Source: Candidatus Latescibacterota bacterium
GTDB taxonomy: Bacteria > Latescibacterota > UBA2968 > UBA8231
Direction: 5' to 3'
Assembly (NCBI GenBank): GCA_965204725.1
Contig: OZ242005.1
Location: 3,104,001 to 3,168,000 of the forward strand
DNA: 64,000 bases
In this document: positions 36,467-45,355 of the stretch, one piece after another
Layout of the letters: every line of letters starts with the position of its first letter
How positions within the stretch are numbered: the first letter of the stretch is position 1
Program-made: the position numbers and the translations under genes
Notes under the pieces: model-generated
What the model saw: the letters and a program-made list of their open reading frames with translations, nothing else
The model's database searches: none
What the model was told of the DNA's origin: nothing

Positions 36467-36940
36467 CTAGTTCGCAGCCGGAATGTCGCGCTCTGCCGCT
36501 TCGATGGTGGCGATGATTTCCTCGGCGGAATTCGCTTGGATGAGCTTCTTTTTGAACGCGTCGTTTTTGAGCAAACGCGAAATCCGCGCTAGGGCCTTGA
36601 TGTGGGGGCCAGAGACATTGGCCGGGGATACCAACAGGAAGAACACAAAGGCCGGCTCGCCGTCGAGGGCGTCAAAATCGACCCCGCGCCGCTGAGTGCC
36701 CATAGCGGCAACTAGCTCGGTCGCCGCGGCCGACTTGCCGTGGGGGATGGCGATGCCGTCGCCGATGCCCGTGCTCATGATCTTTTCGCGGTCGAGTACG
36801 GCTTGTAGTACTTGGTCGCGGTCGGTGATAGCGGCGCCGACTGCGAGTGAGTTGACCAACTCGGCGATGATGTCCTCTTTGGATTCTCCTTTGAGGTCAA
36901 CTATGGTGGATTCGGGCGACAGAATGTCCAACAGGTTCAT
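36467..36940 (-). CDS. PTS EIIA (Ntr/fructose-type) component
   Basis: RE..MSTGIGDGIAIPHGK, FDALDGEP, HIKALARISR. Confidence 0.92.
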   Translation of the reverse strand: MNLLDILSPESTIVDLKGESKEDIIAELVNSLAVGAAITDRDQVLQAVLDREKIMSTGIGDGIAIPHGKSAAATELVAAMGTQRRGVDFDALDGEPAFVFFLLVSPANVSGPHIKALARISRLLKNDAFKKKLIQANSAEEIIATIEAAERDIPAAN

Positions 36941-37005
36941 GCGCGTTATCTCCGGTAAGTTGCTGAAAAATAAGCCATCCCCGCGACATTCGTCAATGTT
37001 AGGGA

Positions 37006-37521
37006 CTAATCGCTAACCACGGCTTTTACGAGCCGCGGCACCACGAAGTAGAGCAAGTGCCCGCGCCCGATTGCGGCCGAGGCGACTTCTGCCCAAGCGG
37101 AGATGCCCAATTCGACCGCGGCTAGGCCCGCAGTCGGCAGGCAGACGTGCGCCCCTGTTAGCTGGCCGATCCACGCCTCCAGCCCGGGATTGTGGGCAAT
37201 GACGAGGCCGACTTGAGTGCTGTCTGGCAAGCCGGCCGCCGCTTGGGTCAAGGTGCTGGGGGACGCCAAGTAAAGCGCGTCGTCCAAGTGCAGAGCACTC
37301 GCCGGCAGACCGAGGGATTCGACGAGGCCGGAGGCCGTCTGACGCGCCCGGTGCGCGGCCGAGGCCAGCACGACCTCCGGGCGCGGACCGTACGCGGCGA
37401 GTAGGTGGGCAATGCGCGGCAAATCTGCGCGGCCGCGCTTGTTGAGCGGACGGTCGAAATCGTCGCTTATCCCGGGGGGATAAGCCGACTTGGCGTGGCG
37501 CATGATCAGCAAGGTTTTCAT
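37006..37521 (-). CDS. sixA: SixA-like histidine phosphatase
   Basis: MRHAKS, DFDRPLNKRG, RARQT, AHNPG. Confidence 0.85.
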   Translation of the reverse strand: MKTLLIMRHAKSAYPPGISDDFDRPLNKRGRADLPRIAHLLAAYGPRPEVVLASAAHRARQTASGLVESLGLPASALHLDDALYLASPSTLTQAAAGLPDSTQVGLVIAHNPGLEAWIGQLTGAHVCLPTAGLAAVELGISAWAEVASAAIGRGHLLYFVVPRLVKAVVSD

Positions 37522-37620
37522 AGGGAAATGGGTTGCGTGGGCCTGTGCTACAGGGTATTTTTATCAACAAGATAGTGTAGGTCGGCACTCGATACAAACG
37601 CGACTCAGGATTTATACCCA

Positions 37621-38691
37621 ATGGCTCCGCAACCCGTAGAGCTCAATCTAACGATCCGCCCTCAGCGGCGCTTTGCAATCATTGACATCGCCGAGCTAAT
37701 CCGCCAGCAAGTCGGCGACCAACTGCGCCCCTTTCGCAAAGCCGCGTACTGTTCGCTGCACACCACGGCCGGTTATATGGAGCAAGGCACGAGCCGGCGC
37801 TTGGGCCACAGCCGCAAGCAGATCGCCCCCTTCATCCGCGCCATCAAAAAGATATTTCCCCACAACGCCGGCTATTTTCACGACCGCATGCAGTTGCGCG
37901 CTGAGCTCAGCGAGGGCGAAAAGGAAAAAGAGCCGGTCAACGCCGACTCGCACCTAACCTTTATTGCCGCGGGGCTCAAAAACTGCGTGACCTACATCCA
38001 CCGTCCAGAGGAGCCGGTGTACTTCATCGAGCTAGACGGCATCTACAAAGACTACGTGCGCCGCCGCTGCACCGCAGTCATGGCCTACAACCACGCCGAG
38101 ATCGTGCATCGCGGGCGGGTGGAGATTCCAGTGGTCGGCAGCCATGCGATCGACGCTTTCAATCTCAAGGACCCGCGCTACGGCCTGTTTGCAACGCTCG
38201 CCGATTGGCTGCGGCAATGTGGCATAGACAAAGGCTGCATTGACATTCGCCTCGCCCCCGAGGAAAAGCACGTCGGCATGACCGTCAACGAGTACGAGAC
38301 CCTGCTGATGCGCAACGACTTGCCCGAGGCCCTCAGCGACCCGCTGCGCTACGTGCTCCAACGCGGCAAGCGGCTCCTGCAGCACCCCGCCTCCATTCCC
38401 GGCAAGATGCACGCCTACGCGGCCTACGATTCCCTCCGCTTCTACAACGAATTGCTCGACCAAGTTCCAGTGGGGCGGTCGGTCATCGACCGCATCTTTT
38501 CGGTCCTATCGACGCCCGCCCAGCGCATCTTGCGCCTAAAGCGCCACATTCGGCTGCTGGTCTCAGACCGCGCAGAAGCCGGGGCCGATCGCATCCTACA
38601 GGGCACCTATCAAAGCCCGATTTTGGTGCAGCACCAACCGGCGGCGGCCGGCGTACGGACCCTCGACGTCACCCTGCGCCGCTTCGTCTGA
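37621..38691 (+). CDS. Hypothetical protein with two YjbQ (UPF0047)-like halves
   Basis: HTTAG, YFHD, NADSHL, FIELDG in the first half; H.GMTVNE...DL and GTYQS in the second. Confidence 0.6.
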   Translation: MAPQPVELNLTIRPQRRFAIIDIAELIRQQVGDQLRPFRKAAYCSLHTTAGYMEQGTSRRLGHSRKQIAPFIRAIKKIFPHNAGYFHDRMQLRAELSEGEKEKEPVNADSHLTFIAAGLKNCVTYIHRPEEPVYFIELDGIYKDYVRRRCTAVMAYNHAEIVHRGRVEIPVVGSHAIDAFNLKDPRYGLFATLADWLRQCGIDKGCIDIRLAPEEKHVGMTVNEYETLLMRNDLPEALSDPLRYVLQRGKRLLQHPASIPGKMHAYAAYDSLRFYNELLDQVPVGRSVIDRIFSVLSTPAQRILRLKRHIRLLVSDRAEAGADRILQGTYQSPILVQHQPAAAGVRTLDVTLRRFV

Positions 38692-38693
38692 GC

Positions 38694-40034
38694 ATGCAGG
38701 TCGATCCTTCCATTTTCAAAGCGTACGACATCCGCGGCATCTATCCCGACCCCCTGAGCGAAGAGGTAGCGTATGCCATTGGCCGCGCCTTTGTGGCCCT
38801 GCTCAAGTGCGCGGAGGTCGTCGTGGGGTGCGACATGCGCCTTTCAAGCCCGGCCATAAAAGAGCACCTCGTGCGCGGCTTGGTCGATCAAGGCGCGCAC
38901 GTCATAGACATCGGCATGGTCGGCACTGATCAGTACTACTATGCCTGCGCGACGTTGGACCGGGCGGGCGTCATGGTGACCGCTTCGCACAACCCGCCCG
39001 AATACTGCGGCTTCAAGATGGTTCGCCAAATGCCCTACCTGCTCAGCGGCGAATCCGGGATCCAAGACCTGCGCCGCCTCGTGGCCGCAGAAAGCTGGGG
39101 CGTCGCTCAAAGACGGGGCGCACGTCGGACGGAAAACGTGACGCCGGGCTTTATCGACAAGGTGTTGAGCCTCGTGGACCCGGCCCGCATCAAGCGGCTC
39201 AAGGTGGTGGCCGACACGGGCAACGGCATGGTGGGGCCGGTCTTGCAAGACGTGTACGAGCGGCTGCCCATTGAGTTTGTCGGCCTATACCTTGAGCCGG
39301 ATGGCCGCCTGCCCAACCACGGCCTCGACCCCATGCAGCCGGAAAACCGCGCCGACTTGGAGCGGTGCGTCCTAGCCGAGGGCGCGGACGTCGGCTTTGC
39401 CTTTGACGGCGACGGCGACCGCTTTTTCATCATCGATGACCGGGGCCGCTTCGTGCCCGGCGACTTTGCGACCGCGCTGATGGCCTGCTACATGCTAGAG
39501 CGCCATCCCAGCGCCAAGATCGTGTACGACGTGCGCTGCTCGTGGGCCGTGCCCGATCTCGTGCGAGCGGCCGGTGGTACGCCCCTGATCGAGCGCGTCG
39601 GCCACTCGTTCCTCAAGCCGCGGATGTTTGAGGAAGGAGCCGTTTTCGCCGGCGAGCTGAGCGGTCATTACTACTTCCGCGACTTCTTTGGCGCGGATTC
39701 CGGCATCGTGCCGTCGCTGGTGATGCTGGAGTTGCTATCGCAGCGGGGGGTTGCGCTCTCCGAGCTGCTCGCTCCGCTAGAGCGCCAGTACTTTACGTCC
39801 TCTGAGATCAATTCCAAGGTCGCGGACCCCGCCGCCAAAATCGCGGCCCTAGCCGACCGCTACAAAGACGGCCACATCCTGCGCCTCGACGGGATTTCGG
39901 TCCGCTACGACGACTGGCACTTCAACGTGCGGCCTTCCAACACCGAGCCGCTGGTGCGGCTCAACCTAGAGGCGCGCTCGGCCGAGCGCATGGCCGAGAA
40001 GCGGGACGAGGTGCTGGCCTTTATTCGCTCGTGA
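38694..40034 (+). CDS. Phosphomannomutase/phosphoglucomutase
   Basis: FKAYDIRG, TASHNP, FDGDGDR, GELSGH, RPSNTEP. Confidence 0.95.
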   Translation: MQVDPSIFKAYDIRGIYPDPLSEEVAYAIGRAFVALLKCAEVVVGCDMRLSSPAIKEHLVRGLVDQGAHVIDIGMVGTDQYYYACATLDRAGVMVTASHNPPEYCGFKMVRQMPYLLSGESGIQDLRRLVAAESWGVAQRRGARRTENVTPGFIDKVLSLVDPARIKRLKVVADTGNGMVGPVLQDVYERLPIEFVGLYLEPDGRLPNHGLDPMQPENRADLERCVLAEGADVGFAFDGDGDRFFIIDDRGRFVPGDFATALMACYMLERHPSAKIVYDVRCSWAVPDLVRAAGGTPLIERVGHSFLKPRMFEEGAVFAGELSGHYYFRDFFGADSGIVPSLVMLELLSQRGVALSELLAPLERQYFTSSEINSKVADPAAKIAALADRYKDGHILRLDGISVRYDDWHFNVRPSNTEPLVRLNLEARSAERMAEKRDEVLAFIRS

Positions 40035-40038
40035 CGCA

Positions 40039-41463
40039 ATGAATTCATTGTATTTGCCCCCAATAAGGCGCAAAGGGTTTGCTGTTTTCCTAGCGGCCCA
40101 AGCCGCGATCTTGGCCGGTGTTCTCTTTTTGCCCCGCGAAGAGGTGTTATGGGGCTTGGGGGGCGCGGTGCTCGTGCTCGTCCTCCTCCTCCTGATCGTA
40201 TATCCTTGGCTCGTGCTCCCGGTAATCATTGCGACTACGGCCTTGGATTCGGCCGGGCGCGTCATCCAAACAACGGCCCTCGGGTTACCAGTAACCGGCT
40301 TTCACCTGTCGTTTGTCCTGCTGTGCGTCGCCTTAGCCAGCCACATTTTCCTGCAAAAGCGCCGTACTTTCCCGCCGCTCGAAATACAAGCACCCCTCAT
40401 GCTGTTTCTCGGTTGTATGGCCGTCTCCCTGACCTATTCGCCCAATCAACCCGAAGCCACGATTAGTTTTTTTCGCATCGCCTTTCTCGCCTTGTTTCTC
40501 TATATAACCCAAATTCTCATTGACTCGCGTCGCGTTCTCAACCTGACGATCGCGTCGCTGGGCGTCGTCTTGACGGGGGCCTCCATTCTGGCCGTGTTCC
40601 AGATTATCTCGGAGCGGTTCTACCTGCCGGCGAGCGTGGTTTCTAGCGTGGGCGCCAACATGCCGCGCGCTTCTGGTACCTATCACAATCCCAACATCTT
40701 CGGCACCTTTCTCGTCGTGGGCATCCTCTTTATGGCCGGGATTTTCCTCGTGCCCAAGCTGCGCTGGTGGAAGCGGCTCTTGTTGCTGCTGGCCATTGGG
40801 CTGGGGGCCACGGCACTGGTCATCACCTTCAGCCGCGGCAATTGGGTCGCGCTGTTCGTCGGCGTAGTCGTGCTGCTGTTTTTGGCCGGTAAGCTGCGCT
40901 ATCTCTTTTACGTCGCGGTCTCGTTTTGCGCCGCCATCTTGATCGTCAAGAACTACGTCCCTTTTGCCGCGTACATTTTCGAGCGGTTCTATTCCATCTT
41001 CTCGCTGTTTGCGGAGTTTGGGGCCGACAGCCGGGCTTCGAGTACCGCGCGAGTCTATTTCGCCATCGCCGGGTTTAAGATGTTCTTGGCGCATCCCTTG
41101 CTCGGGGTCGGCTGGCGCGCTTTTCCGGTCGTCTTTGAAGACTACAAGCCAGAAGGTTTCCCCCACTGGCTGCCGACGCGCGAGTCGCATACCCTGTTTG
41201 CGACGATCATCGCCGAGCTCGGGCTCGTGGGGCTGCTCGCCGCGGCTTGGGTCGCTTGGCGCATCTTGGCTTTTTCCCTGTACCACATAAGGCATATACA
41301 GGACGAGTACTTGCGCGGTGTGATGATCGCGCTCGTCTCGACCTTCGTCGCCTTTCAGGTCAGCCTCACCTTCACCGGCGAGTTTGCCAACAATTTCTTG
41401 TGGATGTTCACGGGCATCGCGTTTGCCGTGCCCGCCCTAGAAAAACGCGAGGCGCCTACGTGA
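40039..41463 (+). CDS. O-antigen ligase/Wzy-like membrane protein
   Basis: Multiple TM helices; RASGTYHNPN, TFSRG, HPLLGVG, H..F..IIAELGLVG. Confidence 0.85.
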   Translation: MNSLYLPPIRRKGFAVFLAAQAAILAGVLFLPREEVLWGLGGAVLVLVLLLLIVYPWLVLPVIIATTALDSAGRVIQTTALGLPVTGFHLSFVLLCVALASHIFLQKRRTFPPLEIQAPLMLFLGCMAVSLTYSPNQPEATISFFRIAFLALFLYITQILIDSRRVLNLTIASLGVVLTGASILAVFQIISERFYLPASVVSSVGANMPRASGTYHNPNIFGTFLVVGILFMAGIFLVPKLRWWKRLLLLLAIGLGATALVITFSRGNWVALFVGVVVLLFLAGKLRYLFYVAVSFCAAILIVKNYVPFAAYIFERFYSIFSLFAEFGADSRASSTARVYFAIAGFKMFLAHPLLGVGWRAFPVVFEDYKPEGFPHWLPTRESHTLFATIIAELGLVGLLAAAWVAWRILAFSLYHIRHIQDEYLRGVMIALVSTFVAFQVSLTFTGEFANNFLWMFTGIAFAVPALEKREAPT

Positions 41464-42632
41464 AGGTCTTAGTACTGTCGCATTTGTATCCCAATCCCAT
41501 TGCCAAAATGTCCGGCCGTTTCGTCCACAACCAGTTGCGCCTCCTCAAGGATCATTGTCAGGTGGAGGTCGTCTCCCCGGTGCCTTGGTTTCCCTTGCCG
41601 GGGTTTGGTTTGTGGAGTGCCTACCGCCGCATCCCCCACGTCGATGTGCTAGACGGAATTCGGGTGCGGTATCCTCGCCGCTTCGCCCTGCCGCGCCGGG
41701 TTCTCTTTACTAAGTTGTGGCGTTTTCAGCTCAGGGCTTTGCTCAACTCGGTTGCGCGGGTGCCAGACCTCATACACGCGCACTGCGCCTATCCCGATGG
41801 CCGGGCCGCTATTGAGTACGGCGCGCAAACCGGGCGGCCAGTCGTCATCACGGTCCACGGTTCCGACATTAAGGTCTTGCCCAAGCTCAAGTCCGAGTTG
41901 CGGCAACGGATCGTTGAGGCCCTGACGCAAGCTGCGGCCGTTGTCGCCGTTAGCCAAGAGCTGCGCCGGGCGGTCGTGCAGTTGGGCGTCCCGGCCGACC
42001 GGGTGTTCTGCATTCCCAATGGCGTTGACTGCCGGCTCTTTTCGGCGACCGGGGCGCGCCAGCCCGGTAAGGATGGGTGGCGCCTGCTTTATGTGGGTCG
42101 ATTTGTCGAGGCCAAGGGATTGCGCGTCTTGCTGGCGGCGCTGGCTAAAGTGCGGAGTCAAGGCCGCGACGTCTCCCTGACCTTGGTCGGTGGCCACCCG
42201 GCGACTGGGACGGCCCATCCTTTCCTAGCTCAAGTCGAAGCCTTGAATCTGTCCGCGCATGTGTCGTTTGCGGACGCGGTTCCTTGGGAGGACCTGCCTC
42301 AGTACATGGCCGCGGCCGATTTGTTCGTCCTGCCCAGTTTTAGCGAGGGCCTGACCACGTCGCTCGTCGAGGCCATGGCCTGTGGCCTGCCGGTAGTCGC
42401 CACGCGCTGCGGCGGGCCGGAAGAGGTTGTCAATGCGGAGGTCGGACGGCTGGTGGCGGTTGGCGACGCGGAGGACTTGGCAGCGGGCATTCTTGCGGTC
42501 CTAGACGAATACGATGGCTACGACCGCGAGGCGATCAGCCGGCAGGCCGAGGCGCGCTACGACTATCGTCGGTTGGCGGCGCGGATCTACGCGCTGTACG
42601 AGGATGTGCTAGCGGCCGATGAGCGTCGGTGA
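41460..42632 (+). CDS. Glycosyltransferase family 4
   Basis: GTG 41460 overlaps the upstream stop; TVHGSD, IPNGVD, VGR....KG, PSFSEG....VEAMACGLPVV. Confidence 0.92.
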   Translation: MKVLVLSHLYPNPIAKMSGRFVHNQLRLLKDHCQVEVVSPVPWFPLPGFGLWSAYRRIPHVDVLDGIRVRYPRRFALPRRVLFTKLWRFQLRALLNSVARVPDLIHAHCAYPDGRAAIEYGAQTGRPVVITVHGSDIKVLPKLKSELRQRIVEALTQAAAVVAVSQELRRAVVQLGVPADRVFCIPNGVDCRLFSATGARQPGKDGWRLLYVGRFVEAKGLRVLLAALAKVRSQGRDVSLTLVGGHPATGTAHPFLAQVEALNLSAHVSFADAVPWEDLPQYMAAADLFVLPSFSEGLTTSLVEAMACGLPVVATRCGGPEEVVNAEVGRLVAVGDAEDLAAGILAVLDEYDGYDREAISRQAEARYDYRRLAARIYALYEDVLAADERR

Positions 42633-42654
42633 ACGCCGATGGGAGCGCGGGCGT

Positions 42655-44847
42655 CTAAGGCAGCTTGGTCGTCTTTTTCGCTTCTACCTGTCCGTCGATT
42701 TCGACCTGATAGAGATACACGCCGGCGGCCACGTCTTTGCCCGCCTCGTCGCGGCCATCCCACACCAACCGATGGCTGCCCGCTCCCAGTGGCCCCTGCC
42801 ACACCTGACGCACGCGACGACCTAGCACATCGTACACCGTCAGCGATACGCTCCCCGCGTCCGTTGCCAAATCAAGGGGCAGCACGACCGTCGGATTGAA
42901 CGGATTGGGATAGCTGTCGCCCAGCCGATGCTGTGCCGGTCGTGTTGCCGCCGCTGTCTGCACGGCGGTCATCTGCCCGCTTAGCGGATTCTTGAGCACA
43001 TGGACGCCCTCTAAAGCCCGATCCAACACCACCAAATCCACATCGCCGTCACCATCAACGTCTCCGGGCAGCACTGCCACGCCATTCCCTTCCAAGCCCG
43101 ACGGCACATCCCCGGCTTCCAAGCGCTCCACACCTGCGCCACTCAAGAGATGCCACTCCACCGCTTGGCTCGGATGCAAGCCGCCGCCCCAGACGATGAA
43201 CACGCCGAAACCCAACGCATAATCTCCACCGATAAACACCCAATCGTCCAACCCGTCGGCATTCAGGTCGCGCACCACCACCGGCGAAAGCAGGAACAGA
43301 TTCTCATCATAAATCACCTCTTGCTTTAATCCATCGGGGCGGCTACTCCACACGGCCAAGCCCTTACGCTGCTCTTGGAAGTCCTCGCGGAAGCCGGCTA
43401 GTAAGTCCACCTGTCCATCGCCATCGAAATCGCCGGCTTGACCGGCGAGGAGAGAAAACGGCATGACCTTCTCAAATAGTGCCCCCTGTGTCGGATCGGC
43501 CCCTAAGACAGCGGCGCGAAACGAGATGGGTTGTTCAAACAGTTCCGGCCACGACAAATCGGCCGGTCCCCATAGCACTTCCAGCGTCCCATCGCCGGTA
43601 AAATCGCCGATCTGATGCGCCCACGACAGCCCGGAAGCCGGGGCGGGCACCGGCCACTCGGAGAACGTCCACGCGCCCTTTTCCCAGTCCCATACCTCCC
43701 AAAACGGTTCGTCCTCGTCCACGGATTGGGCAAACACTTCCGCCTGCCCATCGCCATCCCAATCGACTACATCCACCAATCGACGATTGGACTTCTGCAT
43801 GAGGGGTTCGATCTGGAACTCCGCTGGGACAGCCCACACGCCGAGGTCCCACCGTTCCCACCTTTCAAAACCCAGTACGATTTCGTCTTGACCATCGCCG
43901 GTCACATCGCCGACGTGTACTCTTCGATCATACATTAGCTCTTCTAACGTCTCGATGCGTATGGTCTCAAACGCGCCCTGTCCGTTGTTGCGTGCCATGA
44001 CCCAGCCGCCCTCGATCCCCCCCCAGAAAGAGAACAGATCGAGGTCGCCATCCCCATCTAAGTCGGTCAAAACCTCTTCTTGGGCATCGCCTAAGAGCCG
44101 AAAGGGTCCTAAGTCCCGCACAATCGGATAGAATACCGGCGGGGCAAACACCTTCGGCCCTTCAACGCCTAGGTCGAATACCGGCGGCCGAGGCAATTCG
44201 CCCTGTAACACCTCTTCGACGCCGGTCAACTCAATCCAATCCACTTCCAAAGCCGACACCTTCGTCGAAGCAGGCCGGTCCGGCGGCGACTCCGTCATAA
44301 ACTCCACGACAAAACTCAGGCGAATATCATCTAACAACCCCTCCCATAAGGGATAGTACCCAAACAAATTCTCCTCCAAGTCGGCCAACGAAAACTCGAA
44401 CTCCTGCCATTCGGTCGTATATAACAACTCGCCGTAGGTCCCGTTTGCGGGAAGAGAAAACCGACCTCTTTTCGGCAGAGGGTCACCCCCCGGAAACATG
44501 AGGTTGTGTTCATTGGTCCATCGGAGGAGTAAGGCTCCTATCGTCGGACTAGGATGGACCGTGCGGAAGCGCACCCGCACTCGGTCGAAAAGGTACGAGT
44601 CATGGCCGATCGTCGGCGAAATCAAGGTGACCCCGGAGCCGCTGTCGCCGTCGGTACGAAAGGCACTAATCCGCCACACGCCTGCTTCGACCGCCCCAGA
44701 TAACGAAAAAAATAGATGATTCCCCCCGGCACTACCGGGTTTTTTGGCTCCCCATCCCTGCGTCGTCCCGTCGTCAAAATCCCACCGGATCGCCGTCGCC
44801 GGGCTACTCAACAGCACCGTCCCTGCACATAAGAAAATGAGCAACAC
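42655..44847 (-). CDS. Secreted FG-GAP/VCBS repeat protein with FlgD-Ig/T9SS-like tail
   Basis: Signal peptide; repeated DLDGDGDLDL / DVTGDG / DWDGDG / DFDGDG / DLNADG; YPNPFNP..WDGRD..AAGVY; AGGAGG RBS. Confidence 0.88.
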   Translation of the reverse strand: MLLIFLCAGTVLLSSPATAIRWDFDDGTTQGWGAKKPGSAGGNHLFFSLSGAVEAGVWRISAFRTDGDSGSGVTLISPTIGHDSYLFDRVRVRFRTVHPSPTIGALLLRWTNEHNLMFPGGDPLPKRGRFSLPANGTYGELLYTTEWQEFEFSLADLEENLFGYYPLWEGLLDDIRLSFVVEFMTESPPDRPASTKVSALEVDWIELTGVEEVLQGELPRPPVFDLGVEGPKVFAPPVFYPIVRDLGPFRLLGDAQEEVLTDLDGDGDLDLFSFWGGIEGGWVMARNNGQGAFETIRIETLEELMYDRRVHVGDVTGDGQDEIVLGFERWERWDLGVWAVPAEFQIEPLMQKSNRRLVDVVDWDGDGQAEVFAQSVDEDEPFWEVWDWEKGAWTFSEWPVPAPASGLSWAHQIGDFTGDGTLEVLWGPADLSWPELFEQPISFRAAVLGADPTQGALFEKVMPFSLLAGQAGDFDGDGQVDLLAGFREDFQEQRKGLAVWSSRPDGLKQEVIYDENLFLLSPVVVRDLNADGLDDWVFIGGDYALGFGVFIVWGGGLHPSQAVEWHLLSGAGVERLEAGDVPSGLEGNGVAVLPGDVDGDGDVDLVVLDRALEGVHVLKNPLSGQMTAVQTAAATRPAQHRLGDSYPNPFNPTVVLPLDLATDAGSVSLTVYDVLGRRVRQVWQGPLGAGSHRLVWDGRDEAGKDVAAGVYLYQVEIDGQVEAKKTTKLP

Positions 44848-44926
44848 GACAGCACCTCCTGTCTATAACTTGAACTTGAGTTGGTGGTGAAACTGGAATA
44901 AGGCGCGATGAGTACCCTCTGCAGCG

Positions 44927-45072
44927 TTAGAAGCCGTCTTAAAACCCGCGCCGGCCGGTCTCAAGGAGTGTCGAGAAGCCCAAAAGCAAGTGTTGCCCGA
45001 AGGCGAGACGCCCTCGGTTCCAAGCTCTTTTCTCGCTCAAAGGACGGCATGAGGAATTAAAACGGCTTCTAA
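44927..45072. mobile_element. Putative MITE (146 bp) with 16-bp terminal inverted repeats
   Basis: TTAGAAGCCGTCTTAA ... TTAAAACGGCTTCTAA (1 mismatch); internal GGCGAGACGCC REP-like palindrome; no ORF. Confidence 0.6.
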
Positions 45073-45097
45073 CTATCTACCAAGAGGTATCAGATGA

Positions 45098-45343
45098 TTA
45101 TGTCGTGCACCACCCGTGCCCGGATTTGTCATAGCAATATATCGGCCTAGTCGAATCACGGCATTTTTCAGGGTCGGGGTAGCAGGCAACAATGCGGTTC
45201 CGAGGACCTTCTGCTTCGGCCTCCTTGCCTCCGAGCAGGACTGCGATCCACGTGAGGGCACTGATGACCCAACCGAGGGCCAGCCCCTGCCGAGCCGGTG
45301 CCAAGCCGCTCGACGACATGAAGAATTCCCTCAAGCTCTGCAT
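45098..45343 (-). CDS. Small secreted Cys-rich peptide (81 aa precursor)
   Basis: Hydrophobic stretch then AEA cleavage-like site; mature part has 4 Cys; AG-rich RBS just after the upstream stop. Confidence 0.5.
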   Translation of the reverse strand: MQSLREFFMSSSGLAPARQGLALGWVISALTWIAVLLGGKEAEAEGPRNRIVACYPDPEKCRDSTRPIYCYDKSGHGWCTT

Positions 45344-45355
45344 GATTCTCTTCTC

